IMG/VR virus record: IMGVR_UViG_3300030380_005307
Location: 1-58,602 of that record
Length of the DNA stretch: 58,602 nucleotides
Reading direction: 5' to 3' (one strand)
DNA from: a virus
Lineage: Duplodnaviria > Caudoviricetes
Shown: piece by piece, positions 37,086-47,671 of the stretch
Layout: the number at the start of each line of letters is the position of its first letter
Position numbering within the stretch: position 1 is the stretch's first letter
Program-made: the position numbers and the translations under genes
Notes under the pieces: generated by a model
Told to the model about the DNA's origin: nothing
Seen by the model: only the letters and a program-made list of their open reading frames with translations
Databases searched by the model: none

Positions 37086-37814
37086 TTATTGCTCTTGATT
37101 TTGTGTTTGTTCTTCTACTTGACCAAATCTAAATATATCTGCTTCTCTAATAGATATACCTGCATATTGTAATATTTTAGATACTAAATCATTACCATCA
37201 TCTAAGGGTAATTCAAAGTCTTGAAAATCAGGTTGGCTTTGATCAAATACAGGCTCACCATTAGATATTGTTTGGAATGTCCATTTCGGGTCTTTAGGGT
37301 ATCGTATATACTGGCACTCTATATCACTAGCTCCATTAAATGTATTAGGAAATATTGCAATAGATCCAGCTTCTTGAGTATATGCCGGAAAAGCAACAGA
37401 AGGTGCAGTGAGTAAAGAATTGTTTAGTAGCGTAATATTATTGTTAGAAACTAGCTCTGCTATACCTTTAAAGACTCCTCCGCTAGAGCATCTAACTTGA
37501 TTTATTAAATAATAATCAGAACCAGTAGTTGCAGCAGATGGAAGAAAATATACATTTGAAGCATTTTGTGTTAGTGCGCTTGTAACTGAAAAAGTGTCTA
37601 TGACCTCCTCATACCCTTTTTTAATATCTGCATATCCTGTACCTGATAATCTAGCGTTTTCTTCATTTATTTGTTGATTATATTGAAAAAAATACTCATC
37701 GAATAAATCAAGTTGCGCTTGTTTAGCAAATAAATTAAAATCATTTGGTGATAAATAACCATAATTGTTTTTGTTAATGATTGCTAAAACTGTATTTCGT
37801 ACAGAATTTATCAT
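37086..37814 (-). CDS. Tail adaptor/ring structural protein
   Basis: MINSVRNTVL...GYLSP.DFN.FA..AQ...YIRYPKDPKW; promoter element at 37830-37837. Confidence 0.6.
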   Translation of the reverse strand: MINSVRNTVLAIINKNNYGYLSPNDFNLFAKQAQLDLFDEYFFQYNQQINEENARLSGTGYADIKKGYEEVIDTFSVTSALTQNASNVYFLPSAATTGSDYYLINQVRCSSGGVFKGIAELVSNNNITLLNNSLLTAPSVAFPAYTQEAGSIAIFPNTFNGASDIECQYIRYPKDPKWTFQTISNGEPVFDQSQPDFQDFELPLDDGNDLVSKILQYAGISIREADIFRFGQVEEQTQNQEQ

Positions 37815-37840
37815 ACGTAGTCTTTTACACAAAGATAAGT

Positions 37841-37873
37841 AAAAAAAAAAGAGGTCAATTTTACTTGACCCCT
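37841..37873 (-). terminator. Intrinsic terminator
   Basis: GGTCAA/TTGACC stem followed by T10 on the - strand. Confidence 0.8.
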
Positions 37874-37912
37874 AACTTCAAAATTGAAAAAACAATAAAA
37901 AAATGTGTAGTA

Positions 37913-38194
37913 CTAACCGATAGCTACCCCAGTCACAGTCATATCGTCTTCTAGATCGACCGCGACAGTAGCATTGGTCCAGCTAGTTTGAGCTGCTGTT
38001 ACCATTGCTGCATTTACGTTCTCTCCAAAACCAGACGTTAAGTTTGTTCCAGTGATTGCAATATGCTTAGTTCCGTCCATTAAAAATATCTTGGCTGCTG
38101 TAGACGAATTGGTCTCAGCAAACAAAATCTTATCTATTGCGATGTGTACATTTCCAGCGTCAGCTGAACTGCTAATAGTTATATATTTTGCCAT
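37913..38194 (-). CDS. Small virion (decoration-like) protein
   Basis: Has its own promoter element (38225-38232) and terminator; Ala/Thr-rich. Confidence 0.55.
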   Translation of the reverse strand: MAKYITISSSADAGNVHIAIDKILFAETNSSTAAKIFLMDGTKHIAITGTNLTSGFGENVNAAMVTAAQTSWTNATVAVDLEDDMTVTGVAIG

Positions 38195-38253
38195 ATTTAA
38201 AAAATTAATGGGTTAAACAAAGTACAAATATACAAAAAATAAAAAGGTAGTAT

Positions 38254-39006
38254 TTATACGTTTTTAGATAGATTAGATAAATGCTTTAGTGCTTCCAAGC
38301 CATCATCGCTTTGAAAATATGATCCTATAATGTAATATGGATCCTCTTGAAAAGGTACATTTAACATTTTCTTTTTATTTGAAGGAGTATTAAACCATAC
38401 TTCTTTTTGACTGTTACGGAACTGTAATAAATTTTTATCAAAGAAAAGTTGAATCTTAGAATTTAATTTAAGTGAAGGATCTTTTAATAATGTTAAAAAA
38501 TCTTTAGGTTGATTCTTTGCAAAAACTAAAATATCTCTCCTTAATTCAGCTGTGGTTACTTTGGATATATCATGTTGAAATAAAACTCTAGATATGTTCT
38601 CTACTTGATCAACGGTTAACTGCCTTGCTTCTATTAAAGCGTCAACTTCTTCATTTAAATTATCGACAACCTTTGCCGCATCTTTTGCTTTATCGACTTC
38701 AACATAAACCCTGCCTTTACCTGGATGGTATTCTAAAAATTTTTGTAATACTTGATTTTCTTTTTTAACAGTTAAAAATCCATTTTCAAACACAATAGGC
38801 TCTAAAATAGCATTATCGTCTTGCTCCTCTTGAAAAGGGGAGTTCTGATTACGTGCATATCTTAGGGCTTTGTTTGTGCCTGTTTCTTCGTCAAACCACA
38901 AGAGGGGAAATCTTTGTGTATGACGAGATGCTAAAATTAAAGAAAGTGGAGCGCTTTCACGCGTAAGTTTGTAGATTTTATCTACATATTTTGTAGTAGT
39001 ACTCAT
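38254..39006 (-). CDS. Hypothetical protein downstream of the major capsid gene
   Basis: ORF track, 250 aa. Confidence 0.8.
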   Translation of the reverse strand: MSTTTKYVDKIYKLTRESAPLSLILASRHTQRFPLLWFDEETGTNKALRYARNQNSPFQEEQDDNAILEPIVFENGFLTVKKENQVLQKFLEYHPGKGRVYVEVDKAKDAAKVVDNLNEEVDALIEARQLTVDQVENISRVLFQHDISKVTTAELRRDILVFAKNQPKDFLTLLKDPSLKLNSKIQLFFDKNLLQFRNSQKEVWFNTPSNKKKMLNVPFQEDPYYIIGSYFQSDDGLEALKHLSNLSKNV

Positions 39007-39029
39007 TAGATTAAATTTAAAATTTATAT

Positions 39030-39055
39030 AAAAAAGGGAGCCCGAAAGCTCCCTT
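39030..39055 (-). terminator. Intrinsic terminator after the major capsid gene
   Basis: GGGAGC-TTTCGG-GCTCCC followed by a T-run. Confidence 0.85.
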
Positions 39056-39068
39056 GAACAAAAATATA

Positions 39069-40526
39069 TTACTCTTGGAAGATAAAGAAATTATTTGCAC
39101 CCATAGTACAAACTGCTCTTTCTGACAAGAAGTTAACTTGCATGTTATCAACATCACTTGTTCTTGCGCCACCAGCAGAACCAGTGATCCAAGTTTTGTA
39201 ACGTCTGTCTTCTGTTTCAGAAGCTCTATATCTAACATGGAGGAACGGTCTTTTAGCATTTTTGCCTAAAATTTGATCATAAACACTGGTAGATCCCGCA
39301 GGGACTAATAGACCATTTACACGTCCTGATCCAGCGCCTGTAGGAAGACCTCCACGCATAGTTGGATCGTTTAGGTATTTCCAATCTGTTTTATAGAAAT
39401 CATATCCTCTTCTAAAACCAGAAAAACCTAAATTCAGTGCCATTTCTTCGTCATTATCAAATAGTCCATAAGAAGTTCCGCCTGCTCCGTAAGCATTTTG
39501 TGCTGCTAACATATCGTCAATATCAAAAGCAAACTGTCTGTCAACGAATAAAACATTTTCTTCAATTGCTCCTTGCTTGTCGAGTCTGCTAATAACGTTA
39601 TCAAAATCTGCTAGTACAGTAGGGTTACCACCGTCCCAGATATTTCCTCTCTGTTGTACAGAAAAGAAAATACCATCTGATCCAGCGCCAGGATTTGCAG
39701 CAGCACCTGAGCTTCCAAGTATAGCAGCAGCACCAGAGTTTTGCTCAGCTGGTACAGCCTCAATCATTGCAGTCTCTAGGTAATCATCAAATCTCAACCT
39801 TGTTTCATGCTCTGATTTTAAATACCATAAATATCCTGTAGCTCCATCTTCAGTTGTAATCTCTACCCATCCGATTTGAGCCATATCAGATCCAGATACA
39901 TTATATGTATCTTTAATAATAATAGGCTTGTTATCGAAGATAAAGTCATTAGATTCAAGAGAACCTTCCATTCCGGCAGTTCCTTTCTTAAATTCAGATC
40001 CATAAATAAATACAGTTACATCAGCATTACCTGCACCAGTACCAGCGGTAACTAAACCACCAGCTTCGTAGAAATCAGCAGTAAACTGTCCTCTTCCACC
40101 ACCAGCATTATTAACTGCGCTTACAACAGCCTTATTAGATCCTGATCCGTCATTTTGAACAACAACAATTGTTTGTCCAACTCTAATTACTTGCTCTGCA
40201 GCTGTAGGGTCTAGTGTGTCATTAACTTGAAAAGTCACTTGATCCGCACCTTGAGCACCTGCAGTTCCAACTGAAGTATATTTTGTATGTAATCTACCTT
40301 GCTCTGCCCATTTAATTAAGTCAGAGTTAGTAGGCATCTCAGCTCCTACCATACGTAGGAATGAAGAGATAGTTCTGTTTCCATAACGCTCAAACTCTTT
40401 TTCATAAGTATCAGGTAGATACTGGTTTAAAAAGTCAAAGTTAGTTATGTAATTTTCCGCTGTTGGAGTTCTTTCTGAACTCGGTGTTAGCGCAAACGTA
40501 GGGGTTGATTTAACTTGTCCCGGCAT
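39069..40526 (-). CDS. Major capsid protein
   Basis: 485 aa; follows portal and scaffold and ends at a strong terminator; sequence resembles capsid proteins of marine Bacteroidota podoviruses (from recall). Confidence 0.8.
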   Translation of the reverse strand: MPGQVKSTPTFALTPSSERTPTAENYITNFDFLNQYLPDTYEKEFERYGNRTISSFLRMVGAEMPTNSDLIKWAEQGRLHTKYTSVGTAGAQGADQVTFQVNDTLDPTAAEQVIRVGQTIVVVQNDGSGSNKAVVSAVNNAGGGRGQFTADFYEAGGLVTAGTGAGNADVTVFIYGSEFKKGTAGMEGSLESNDFIFDNKPIIIKDTYNVSGSDMAQIGWVEITTEDGATGYLWYLKSEHETRLRFDDYLETAMIEAVPAEQNSGAAAILGSSGAAANPGAGSDGIFFSVQQRGNIWDGGNPTVLADFDNVISRLDKQGAIEENVLFVDRQFAFDIDDMLAAQNAYGAGGTSYGLFDNDEEMALNLGFSGFRRGYDFYKTDWKYLNDPTMRGGLPTGAGSGRVNGLLVPAGSTSVYDQILGKNAKRPFLHVRYRASETEDRRYKTWITGSAGGARTSDVDNMQVNFLSERAVCTMGANNFFIFQE

Positions 40527-40548
40527 GATTTTTTAATTTTAAATTAAA

Positions 40549-41718
40549 CTAAGTTTTCTTAATACTTTTAATTCTCAGCCCATTACTCGAAGGCGATGAA
40601 ACTGATTTTACTTGAAACCCTGACTTTACTGATACTTCTGGCGTTTTGCGTGTACTCATATTTATATTTTTAGTTTTACGCATAACATCCTCTGTAGCAC
40701 TAGACTTTCCTTGCTCATAAAAAAACTGAGCAAATTTTTCAGGGTTCATAGCAATAGCTAAAGATCTGTGGTAACCTTCCGCATCTTTTAAAAGACCACT
40801 TGAGTCTAAAAATTTATTTACAAAATTCATAGGTGTCTCTTGTGCTTTTTTTAGTTCGGAAGTCCCCCCAGGGGTAAAGTAAACTTCGCTTTCATCCAAA
40901 TTAAATTTAAAACCTTTAAATTCATTGTTAAATAATTCATCACTCTTTTTGATAAACCATTCGCTCTTGCGCTGTGCTTCTTCCTGTTGACTTTGAGCTG
41001 TTTTTATATATTGCTGATAAGTTTTATATTCTTCAGTATCTGAAAAACTGTTTTCTCTTGACTCAAGAGGCAACTTATACTGTTCTTGCTGATCTTTAAA
41101 GAATCTTTTTGCTTTAGCAACAATTTTTTTCTTTGCTAATTTAGTTTTCTTAATTACCGATTCATCGTCTATTTCCTCATCATAAACATAGTCTTCCATT
41201 AATGACTCAATGTCTTCTGGATCTAGACCTTCTTCTGTAACTGTGAGATACTCTCTTAACAAAGCGTCGGGATGAAGATCTGAATAATCTCTTTGTAGTC
41301 TTACAAAGTCTTCTATACTTCGTCCCGTTTCTTTTTTGTATTTAAAGTAAGCAGCTACGTCAGTTGGCATCTCAGGAGTTTCCTCTCTAGCCGCAACTAA
41401 CTCATCTATAGAATTTATCTGCTTACCATACCTGTCTCCAATATATGAAAGAACTTCTTCTTCTGAAAGAGGCTTAGCTTCATCAACCGCCTCCTGTTTT
41501 GCTTCTTCCCTAATCTCTTCTTTTTTTGGCTCCTCCTTTGTACTATTTGCGTCTTCGGATTTGCTTGAAGATTCAGCATCTTTATTCTGTACTTCTATTT
41601 TAGGGTCTTCATCAAATTTTATTTCTTGCTGAGCTTCATGTTTTTCTAACAACTCTTGCTCAACTTGTTGTACTGATTTTTCTTCAACATCAGTTAGTTC
41701 TCTTACTTTAATTTCCAT
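40549..41718 (-). CDS. Capsid scaffolding protein
   Basis: Very acidic and helical; lies between portal and capsid genes. Confidence 0.7.
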   Translation of the reverse strand: MEIKVRELTDVEEKSVQQVEQELLEKHEAQQEIKFDEDPKIEVQNKDAESSSKSEDANSTKEEPKKEEIREEAKQEAVDEAKPLSEEEVLSYIGDRYGKQINSIDELVAAREETPEMPTDVAAYFKYKKETGRSIEDFVRLQRDYSDLHPDALLREYLTVTEEGLDPEDIESLMEDYVYDEEIDDESVIKKTKLAKKKIVAKAKRFFKDQQEQYKLPLESRENSFSDTEEYKTYQQYIKTAQSQQEEAQRKSEWFIKKSDELFNNEFKGFKFNLDESEVYFTPGGTSELKKAQETPMNFVNKFLDSSGLLKDAEGYHRSLAIAMNPEKFAQFFYEQGKSSATEDVMRKTKNINMSTRKTPEVSVKSGFQVKSVSSPSSNGLRIKSIKKT

Positions 41719-41779
41719 TAGATTTAAATTAGATTTTACTAATTACAAAGTTATATAAAAAATATATACGTTTTTGAGC

Positions 41780-44215
41780 CTATCGTGGGGAGAACTCAGC
41801 TAAATCAAAACCATCTAAACTATCTTCATTAGATTCAAAATTTTGAGGGGGAAGATTGTTTTTTCGCTGATTAATAAGTTTAGACTGCTCAGTGTTTTGT
41901 TGACTAATACGTTGACTCTTTGCATCTTCCCGACTCTTTTCTCTGTTAGCGAGTGCCATACCGTCCATATTGCGAAGTTGTAAATTGTACTGAAACTCTT
42001 GCTCCATAAGTTGGCTTTTAAGTTGAGCTTCTGCTTTATTTCTTTCAATTTCTAATTGTATCTCGCCTTGCTTATATTTTAACTTGCCTTGAGTTTCTAA
42101 TTCAATTTTTTGTACCGCAACCTGTGCAGCTAACTCTTGAGATTTTAATTGTTGCTGAGATATCATAGCCTGCTTTTGCATCTCTCTCTGCTCGTCTTTT
42201 TCTTGTTTAGCTTTTCGTTTTACTTTTAATAATTGGTTAGCTAATTTAAGATTTTTAATTTCTCTAATATCGATTGCATCTTCGAGATTTATATCGCCTT
42301 TAGATAAAGCCATTTGTATATTTTCCTCTAGTTTGGCTTGTTGTTCTTCATCAGGTGATAGCTCAATAAACACACCAAAATCATAGATATATAATTGAGA
42401 TATTTCTCCAAGTATACTTACGTTATACTTGCCAATTTTATTAACAAAGTCTTCTTTAAAATCTGAAAACTCTAATACATCAGCTACCCTATACGTTAAG
42501 GCTTCTGCCAAAGTACGATATATGTAAAGACTTCCGTCTAATATATGTCGGGTAGCTGTATTAGATGATAATGCCGCTAGCTTCTGAACTCCAACTAAAG
42601 CATCTGGATTTGGCGTGCTACCATCTCTAGCCTCATTTAATCCAGTAACAGATCTTATCATATCTAAATAATGGTTATAATTGGCTATAAGCATTTGTGT
42701 TTTAGATGCCCCAGAGTTGCTTGTAAGTTGTTGTATTGGAACTCTTCCTTGATTGAACTCGCCCTCTTGGGTATAACTTCGGCCAATAACACTCCCTGTT
42801 TGGAAATATAATCTTAATGCATCCTCTGGATTATAGGCCGAACCAGTACCAAGATCTACTTCATTTAATCCATCTGCATCGATATAAACACCATCAGGAA
42901 CAGTACGAGCTATTACTTGTTGTAACTTTAAATGAGTGATCTGAATTAAATCAGCAAAAGGAATCATTCTTCTTACAAGAGATTCTATAACACCTTTATA
43001 CATACGTGGGGCTGCTGCAACATAATTAGGTAAAGCGTGTTGAGAAGAAGACTTAGGTCTAACCATGTTTTTAGCTAACTCCCATTTTAGTATTATGTTT
43101 GTTCCCATAACCATAACACCATCATACCATACATCTATAGTCTTTTCTATTTTTTCAAAATTACCTTCATCCATCATCTCCTCAGGAGGATTAAATGAAT
43201 CATCTTTTTCGATCATTCTCGTAGCGCCATTATCATTGATCTTTTTCTTATATACCATCTTTTTAGTGGTTTTATAATTAAAATACATCAATGTACAGGT
43301 GTCCCTGTAAAATATATCATTTTCATAATATTGAGCTGTATTAAAATAATCATACCAGCTCTGGCTATATTGAGATATAATTTCTAAATCTTCTGTTGTT
43401 AAAGTGGGATCGATTTTATTTAATTCAGTTATTGAAACAGTTTTAATTTCACCCCAATAAAAACAATCCTTAAAAAATGGATCCTCGGTATAACTGTAAA
43501 CAACATTAGCAGGATCCACATAGGATATTTGCACTCCTGCTCCAGCTAAAAATTCATGTTTAGCCATACCGACACCTACAACCATTTGATCATAATCTAT
43601 TCGCTTTCTTATATCTTCATAATGATTTTCAGCAAACATAGTATCTATAGCCTCTTCTTCAGCTATTTCTATAGCAGGCTTATAATTGAGATTCATATAT
43701 AGAGACAACTCTTCATCAGTAGATGGTAAGTCATCCGGATTCATAATAAAGGGATCGAAACCGGTGTTCTGTTGTACCGTATTTAAAATATCTTTGGCAG
43801 CCATTTGCCCTTCAATCATGTCTTGATATTTGCTTCTTTTAGCTTGAGACAAGGCATCTTGAGCATATGCTTTTACTTTAAATAAACGATCTTGCATTCC
43901 ATTGACAACAACATCCACAAATTTGGGAAGTATTGGAACTGGTGTCCAATCAAGATTTAAATAGGAAAGGTCACCATCTACAGCAAGCTCATTTTTATAC
44001 TTAGCCACAGATTGTTCTCCGCGTGCGTATAAACGAAGCCTGTTGAAATCTCTCCACTGACTATAGTAGCGGGAGCCATTGGAATCTTTACGAAACCATT
44101 CATATTGTATCGCTTGTCCTATCTGTAATCCAAATTCTTTGGTGGCCTTTTCTGAGTCTGATACAAACTGACTTGGAAAACCTACAGATGAAATATTAAT
44201 TTTTACGTCTTCCAT
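41780..44215 (-). CDS. Portal protein
   Basis: 811 aa immediately after terL; long C-terminal coiled coil typical of podovirus portals. Confidence 0.85.
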   Translation of the reverse strand: MEDVKINISSVGFPSQFVSDSEKATKEFGLQIGQAIQYEWFRKDSNGSRYYSQWRDFNRLRLYARGEQSVAKYKNELAVDGDLSYLNLDWTPVPILPKFVDVVVNGMQDRLFKVKAYAQDALSQAKRSKYQDMIEGQMAAKDILNTVQQNTGFDPFIMNPDDLPSTDEELSLYMNLNYKPAIEIAEEEAIDTMFAENHYEDIRKRIDYDQMVVGVGMAKHEFLAGAGVQISYVDPANVVYSYTEDPFFKDCFYWGEIKTVSITELNKIDPTLTTEDLEIISQYSQSWYDYFNTAQYYENDIFYRDTCTLMYFNYKTTKKMVYKKKINDNGATRMIEKDDSFNPPEEMMDEGNFEKIEKTIDVWYDGVMVMGTNIILKWELAKNMVRPKSSSQHALPNYVAAAPRMYKGVIESLVRRMIPFADLIQITHLKLQQVIARTVPDGVYIDADGLNEVDLGTGSAYNPEDALRLYFQTGSVIGRSYTQEGEFNQGRVPIQQLTSNSGASKTQMLIANYNHYLDMIRSVTGLNEARDGSTPNPDALVGVQKLAALSSNTATRHILDGSLYIYRTLAEALTYRVADVLEFSDFKEDFVNKIGKYNVSILGEISQLYIYDFGVFIELSPDEEQQAKLEENIQMALSKGDINLEDAIDIREIKNLKLANQLLKVKRKAKQEKDEQREMQKQAMISQQQLKSQELAAQVAVQKIELETQGKLKYKQGEIQLEIERNKAEAQLKSQLMEQEFQYNLQLRNMDGMALANREKSREDAKSQRISQQNTEQSKLINQRKNNLPPQNFESNEDSLDGFDLAEFSPR

Positions 44216-46492
44216 CTATTTGATTAATTCACTATATATTCCATTATTAGCATATCTTGCAAAGTTAAGATTTATTTTGTTTTGTTTTTGTTCAGGTAAA
44301 TACAGGTTTTTTTGATTTGCCATGACCGCTAAACCTGAACTTATCGTGGCATCAAACTTTGTACGATTGTTTATATCAAACCTTGCCCACTCTTCTAATG
44401 TTTGAGAAAAATACATAGTTCCCATTTCCGTAGGCTCTCGATAAGCGCCCGACAAATCTAAACCAATATGCTTTTCAATATAAGACTCTATTGCAGATGC
44501 ATGTGATTGTTTTACGTCTTCAGATGTATTGGGAATGCCTCCTAATTCTTTTTCTGTTTTAGATAATTTAGTGTAATGCTTATCTGGTCTATTCATGCAA
44601 AATCCTCTATATCCTCTGTTTTTAAAATGATACAAAAGTCTAGGTTTATTGTTTTCTATAAGAATAGGCATGCTATAGAACACACAAGCCATCAACACCT
44701 CTTCAAAAAAAACCTCTGCTGTTTGAGGTCTTGCAACGTATTCTAAAAAAAACTCGTTACTAGGCGCTTCTTCCATGTTAAACTTTGTCAAACCATGTAA
44801 GGCACCATTAGAACCCCTGCCTACCACAGTACCTGATATGTCGTAAGAATCACAGCCAAATGCACCTATATGTTCATTAAGTGGAAAATATTGGTTATAT
44901 TTTTTATATTTTTTATTAGTTATGTTTTTATTTGGCATCCAAGAAACTTTAAACCTACCTTTAGGATCAGGAGTAAATATTACTTTGGAGTCTTGTATTC
45001 CATTTTCCCAATAGAATCTTCCCCTAGTCACGTGATGCTGAATCACTAAAGAATCATTGTAATCTATTTGCTGATATATTTTTGTAAGATTAAAAAGTGA
45101 AGTTTTGCTTTCGTCCCGAAATGCATGGGATTCTGTCCTAGGAAATTGTCTATAAAATTCATTTAGGGCATCGGGATCGCTTTTAAATGAATCTACTTCC
45201 GCTTGCCAATAGTCAATAGCTCCGTTATAAATATATTCATCATCCACACCTAAGACTTTTGTTTCTGGTTTATAAAAAACAGGCATACCGTATTTATCTA
45301 TAAATCCTTCCATATTCCATTCCATAGGAATAAAAAGTGAATACATGCCACTTTTTGTCTGTCCATTTGTGTTTCGTGTTTCTACATTACTATCTTCATA
45401 AAGCTTTTTAAAATTATCTCCACCTTTGCTCAAAGAATTTGACGTGGAACCCATCATACATTTACCGATGATCTTACTACCTAATCGCAAACAGGTTTTG
45501 GTAACCCTCCAATTATTTAAAATGTTGTTAGGCCTTACCCATTTACCGCTCTCATCGTGTACTAATAAAAGTAATTTTTCACCATCATAAGAGTTTTCAT
45601 CAGTATTTTTCCAGTCTATAGTCGTATCTAAACCATAAAGCTCATCATCTACTGTGTCATACATGTTCTTTTTGGTTATTTTAGAAGCTGGTACCCTAAA
45701 TGCTAATTCAGTTTTAGGTTTATCCATTCCGTCTTGTATTGGCTTGAAAAAAAACGGAAGTCTGTTTGCGATTGGTACAACTTTGTCTGTAAACATTTTT
45801 TTGGCATCAGATCCAGTTTTTGAAAGTATGCCAACTCTTGAATCTTTAACTAACGTTCCCGTATTAACACATTCAGAAGATCCCATAAAAGAAAAACCTG
45901 ACCGTCTGATCTTTAAATATACTAAACCAAAAGATCTTTTGTCAGCCTTACAAGCTTCCCAAAATATAAAAAATATACGATTAGCTTCACGAAAATCAGG
46001 GTACCCTACGTCAATACTTGTCCATTGAAGATACATGTAATGAGACCCTGTTATGTATGTTGGTTTTCCATTATTATAAAACCAATGTCCTAATTCTCTA
46101 TTATCAAATTCTGTTTCAATGTATTCTACCCATTTATTTTTAAAATTACTAGGCATTTCATTCCATTGAAATATTGAATGTATTCTACTTAATTCTTTTG
46201 GCAAATCTTTCCTTTCCCAAAATTGTTTAGATTTATTCTCAGATCTTTGAACAATATTCGATGCTTGGGGAGGTAAAGCTATATTAAGACCATTAATATT
46301 AACTATACTACCAATTTGTCCATTTTTACTAATTACGACAATATCATATTGTTCATTATAACCATAAATCCATGTTTTACCTTTATTTTTTTTGGAAAGA
46401 GCAGCTGCTGGTATTAAGTTTTTAACTACGTAGAATAATCTATTTTGATCTTCTTTCGGCAAATCCCTGTCTTGTTTCAACTTTATGGCCAT
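44216..46492 (-). CDS. terL: Terminase large subunit
   Basis: KIRRSGFS Walker A-like motif, LLVHDESGK Walker B, GST coupling motif, GCDSYD and IENN nuclease motifs. Confidence 0.9.
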   Translation of the reverse strand: MAIKLKQDRDLPKEDQNRLFYVVKNLIPAAALSKKNKGKTWIYGYNEQYDIVVISKNGQIGSIVNINGLNIALPPQASNIVQRSENKSKQFWERKDLPKELSRIHSIFQWNEMPSNFKNKWVEYIETEFDNRELGHWFYNNGKPTYITGSHYMYLQWTSIDVGYPDFREANRIFFIFWEACKADKRSFGLVYLKIRRSGFSFMGSSECVNTGTLVKDSRVGILSKTGSDAKKMFTDKVVPIANRLPFFFKPIQDGMDKPKTELAFRVPASKITKKNMYDTVDDELYGLDTTIDWKNTDENSYDGEKLLLLVHDESGKWVRPNNILNNWRVTKTCLRLGSKIIGKCMMGSTSNSLSKGGDNFKKLYEDSNVETRNTNGQTKSGMYSLFIPMEWNMEGFIDKYGMPVFYKPETKVLGVDDEYIYNGAIDYWQAEVDSFKSDPDALNEFYRQFPRTESHAFRDESKTSLFNLTKIYQQIDYNDSLVIQHHVTRGRFYWENGIQDSKVIFTPDPKGRFKVSWMPNKNITNKKYKKYNQYFPLNEHIGAFGCDSYDISGTVVGRGSNGALHGLTKFNMEEAPSNEFFLEYVARPQTAEVFFEEVLMACVFYSMPILIENNKPRLLYHFKNRGYRGFCMNRPDKHYTKLSKTEKELGGIPNTSEDVKQSHASAIESYIEKHIGLDLSGAYREPTEMGTMYFSQTLEEWARFDINNRTKFDATISSGLAVMANQKNLYLPEQKQNKINLNFARYANNGIYSELIK

Positions 46493-46721
46493 TTTCTTTG
46501 TTTGTTATTAGATTCTCTTGCTCTTGATCAATTTTATTTAATATGTCAAACGCATCAAATATTGCAAGCTTTTTAGTTGCCGCTGCATTCTTTAACCTAT
46601 CTGCAGCCAACTCATCTTCGGGATCAGGTTTAATTATATCCTCTTTTGCCACCTTGATTAACTGTTCCACAGCTTTTTTACCTGCTACTATTATTTGTTG
46701 TTTTAAAAGTTCTGAACTCAT
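46440..46721 (-). CDS. Putative terminase small subunit
   Basis: 93-aa helical protein directly upstream of and overlapping terL. Confidence 0.55.
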   Translation of the reverse strand: MSSELLKQQIIVAGKKAVEQLIKVAKEDIIKPDPEDELAADRLKNAAATKKLAIFDAFDILNKIDQEQENLITNKENGHKVETRQGFAERRSK

Positions 46722-47281
46722 ATTAACATAGTTATTTGGTGATCATACATCCTATAAAGCTTTTCTCCGTCAACATTAAACTCATACTCAGTATCTGGCT
46801 GAAAACTAACTAGTGCCCCTGGTTTTATTCCATGAGATAAAATATACTCATTAGGGTAAATCATTTCCCCCATAAGTGGCTCTTCTTTACCACGTTTAAA
46901 CATAAATGACTTTTGTTTTTTTATTGGCCTTACAAAACAATATTTATCATGACTAATCCACTGATTATTATGATTATACATAAAAAACTGACTATTATCT
47001 ACAAAAAATAAATTGTCCTTAAAAAAGCTTTTACCACTTTGCTGCCTGCCTTTCATGTCATTGTAATATTTAAATACATTATGATGAACTAGAAGAATAT
47101 CTCCTACTTTAACCGGACCTTTATAATTTAAAGGAACTGATATAACTATACCTTTTCTATTTGACACTGTAAAGTCCTCTTCGCTTGTACTAGTAATAAA
47201 ATCAATACCCGAAATATTTTTAGTATTATTATATCGTTTGCCTTGTACAGGCTCCACAATAAAGTAGAAGGGTGACTTCAT
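46718..47281 (-). CDS. Tandem GroES-like co-chaperonin
   Basis: Two GroES-like halves: FIVEP...GIVISVP...VKVGDILL and CFVRP...GIKPGALVSF...EFNVDGEKLYRM. Confidence 0.55.
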   Translation of the reverse strand: MKSPFYFIVEPVQGKRYNNTKNISGIDFITSTSEEDFTVSNRKGIVISVPLNYKGPVKVGDILLVHHNVFKYYNDMKGRQQSGKSFFKDNLFFVDNSQFFMYNHNNQWISHDKYCFVRPIKKQKSFMFKRGKEEPLMGEMIYPNEYILSHGIKPGALVSFQPDTEYEFNVDGEKLYRMYDHQITMLI

Positions 47282-47505
47282 TAAAAGTTAATATTATATT
47301 CTATAGAAATAGGTACTGATGATGTAAATTCTTTCCACAATAGTATTTCATCTTTTCTTTGTATCCATATTCTAATTGAGTCTACATCATTATCGTGCTG
47401 TATTAAATGAATAAAATATTTTCCATTTAAAACTTCTTGACCCACTATGTAGTGCATTGCTCCGGATTTATAGTCTGGACCAACAGATATTTTTCTAATA
47501 TCCAT
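47281..47505 (-). CDS. Hypothetical protein
   Basis: ORF track. Confidence 0.75.
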   Translation of the reverse strand: MDIRKISVGPDYKSGAMHYIVGQEVLNGKYFIHLIQHDNDVDSIRIWIQRKDEILLWKEFTSSVPISIEYNINF

Positions 47506-47542
47506 TAGATTAGATTTAATTAAAGTTAAATATACAAATATT

Positions 47543-47671
47543 TTATCTGCCCTGCCCTCGGTATAACTTACGGTAATTACGAGAGGACTTTAATGAAGAA
47601 GTTTTGGTTTTAGCATGAACACCAGGTCTTTTAATATTAGGCTTCAAATTAGATTTTTTATAATTTATCAT
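47543..47671 (-). CDS. Small basic protein (42 aa, ...KRPGVHAKTK...YRGQGR)
   Basis: Manual translation. Confidence 0.6.
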   Translation of the reverse strand: MINYKKSNLKPNIKRPGVHAKTKTSSLKSSRNYRKLYRGQGR

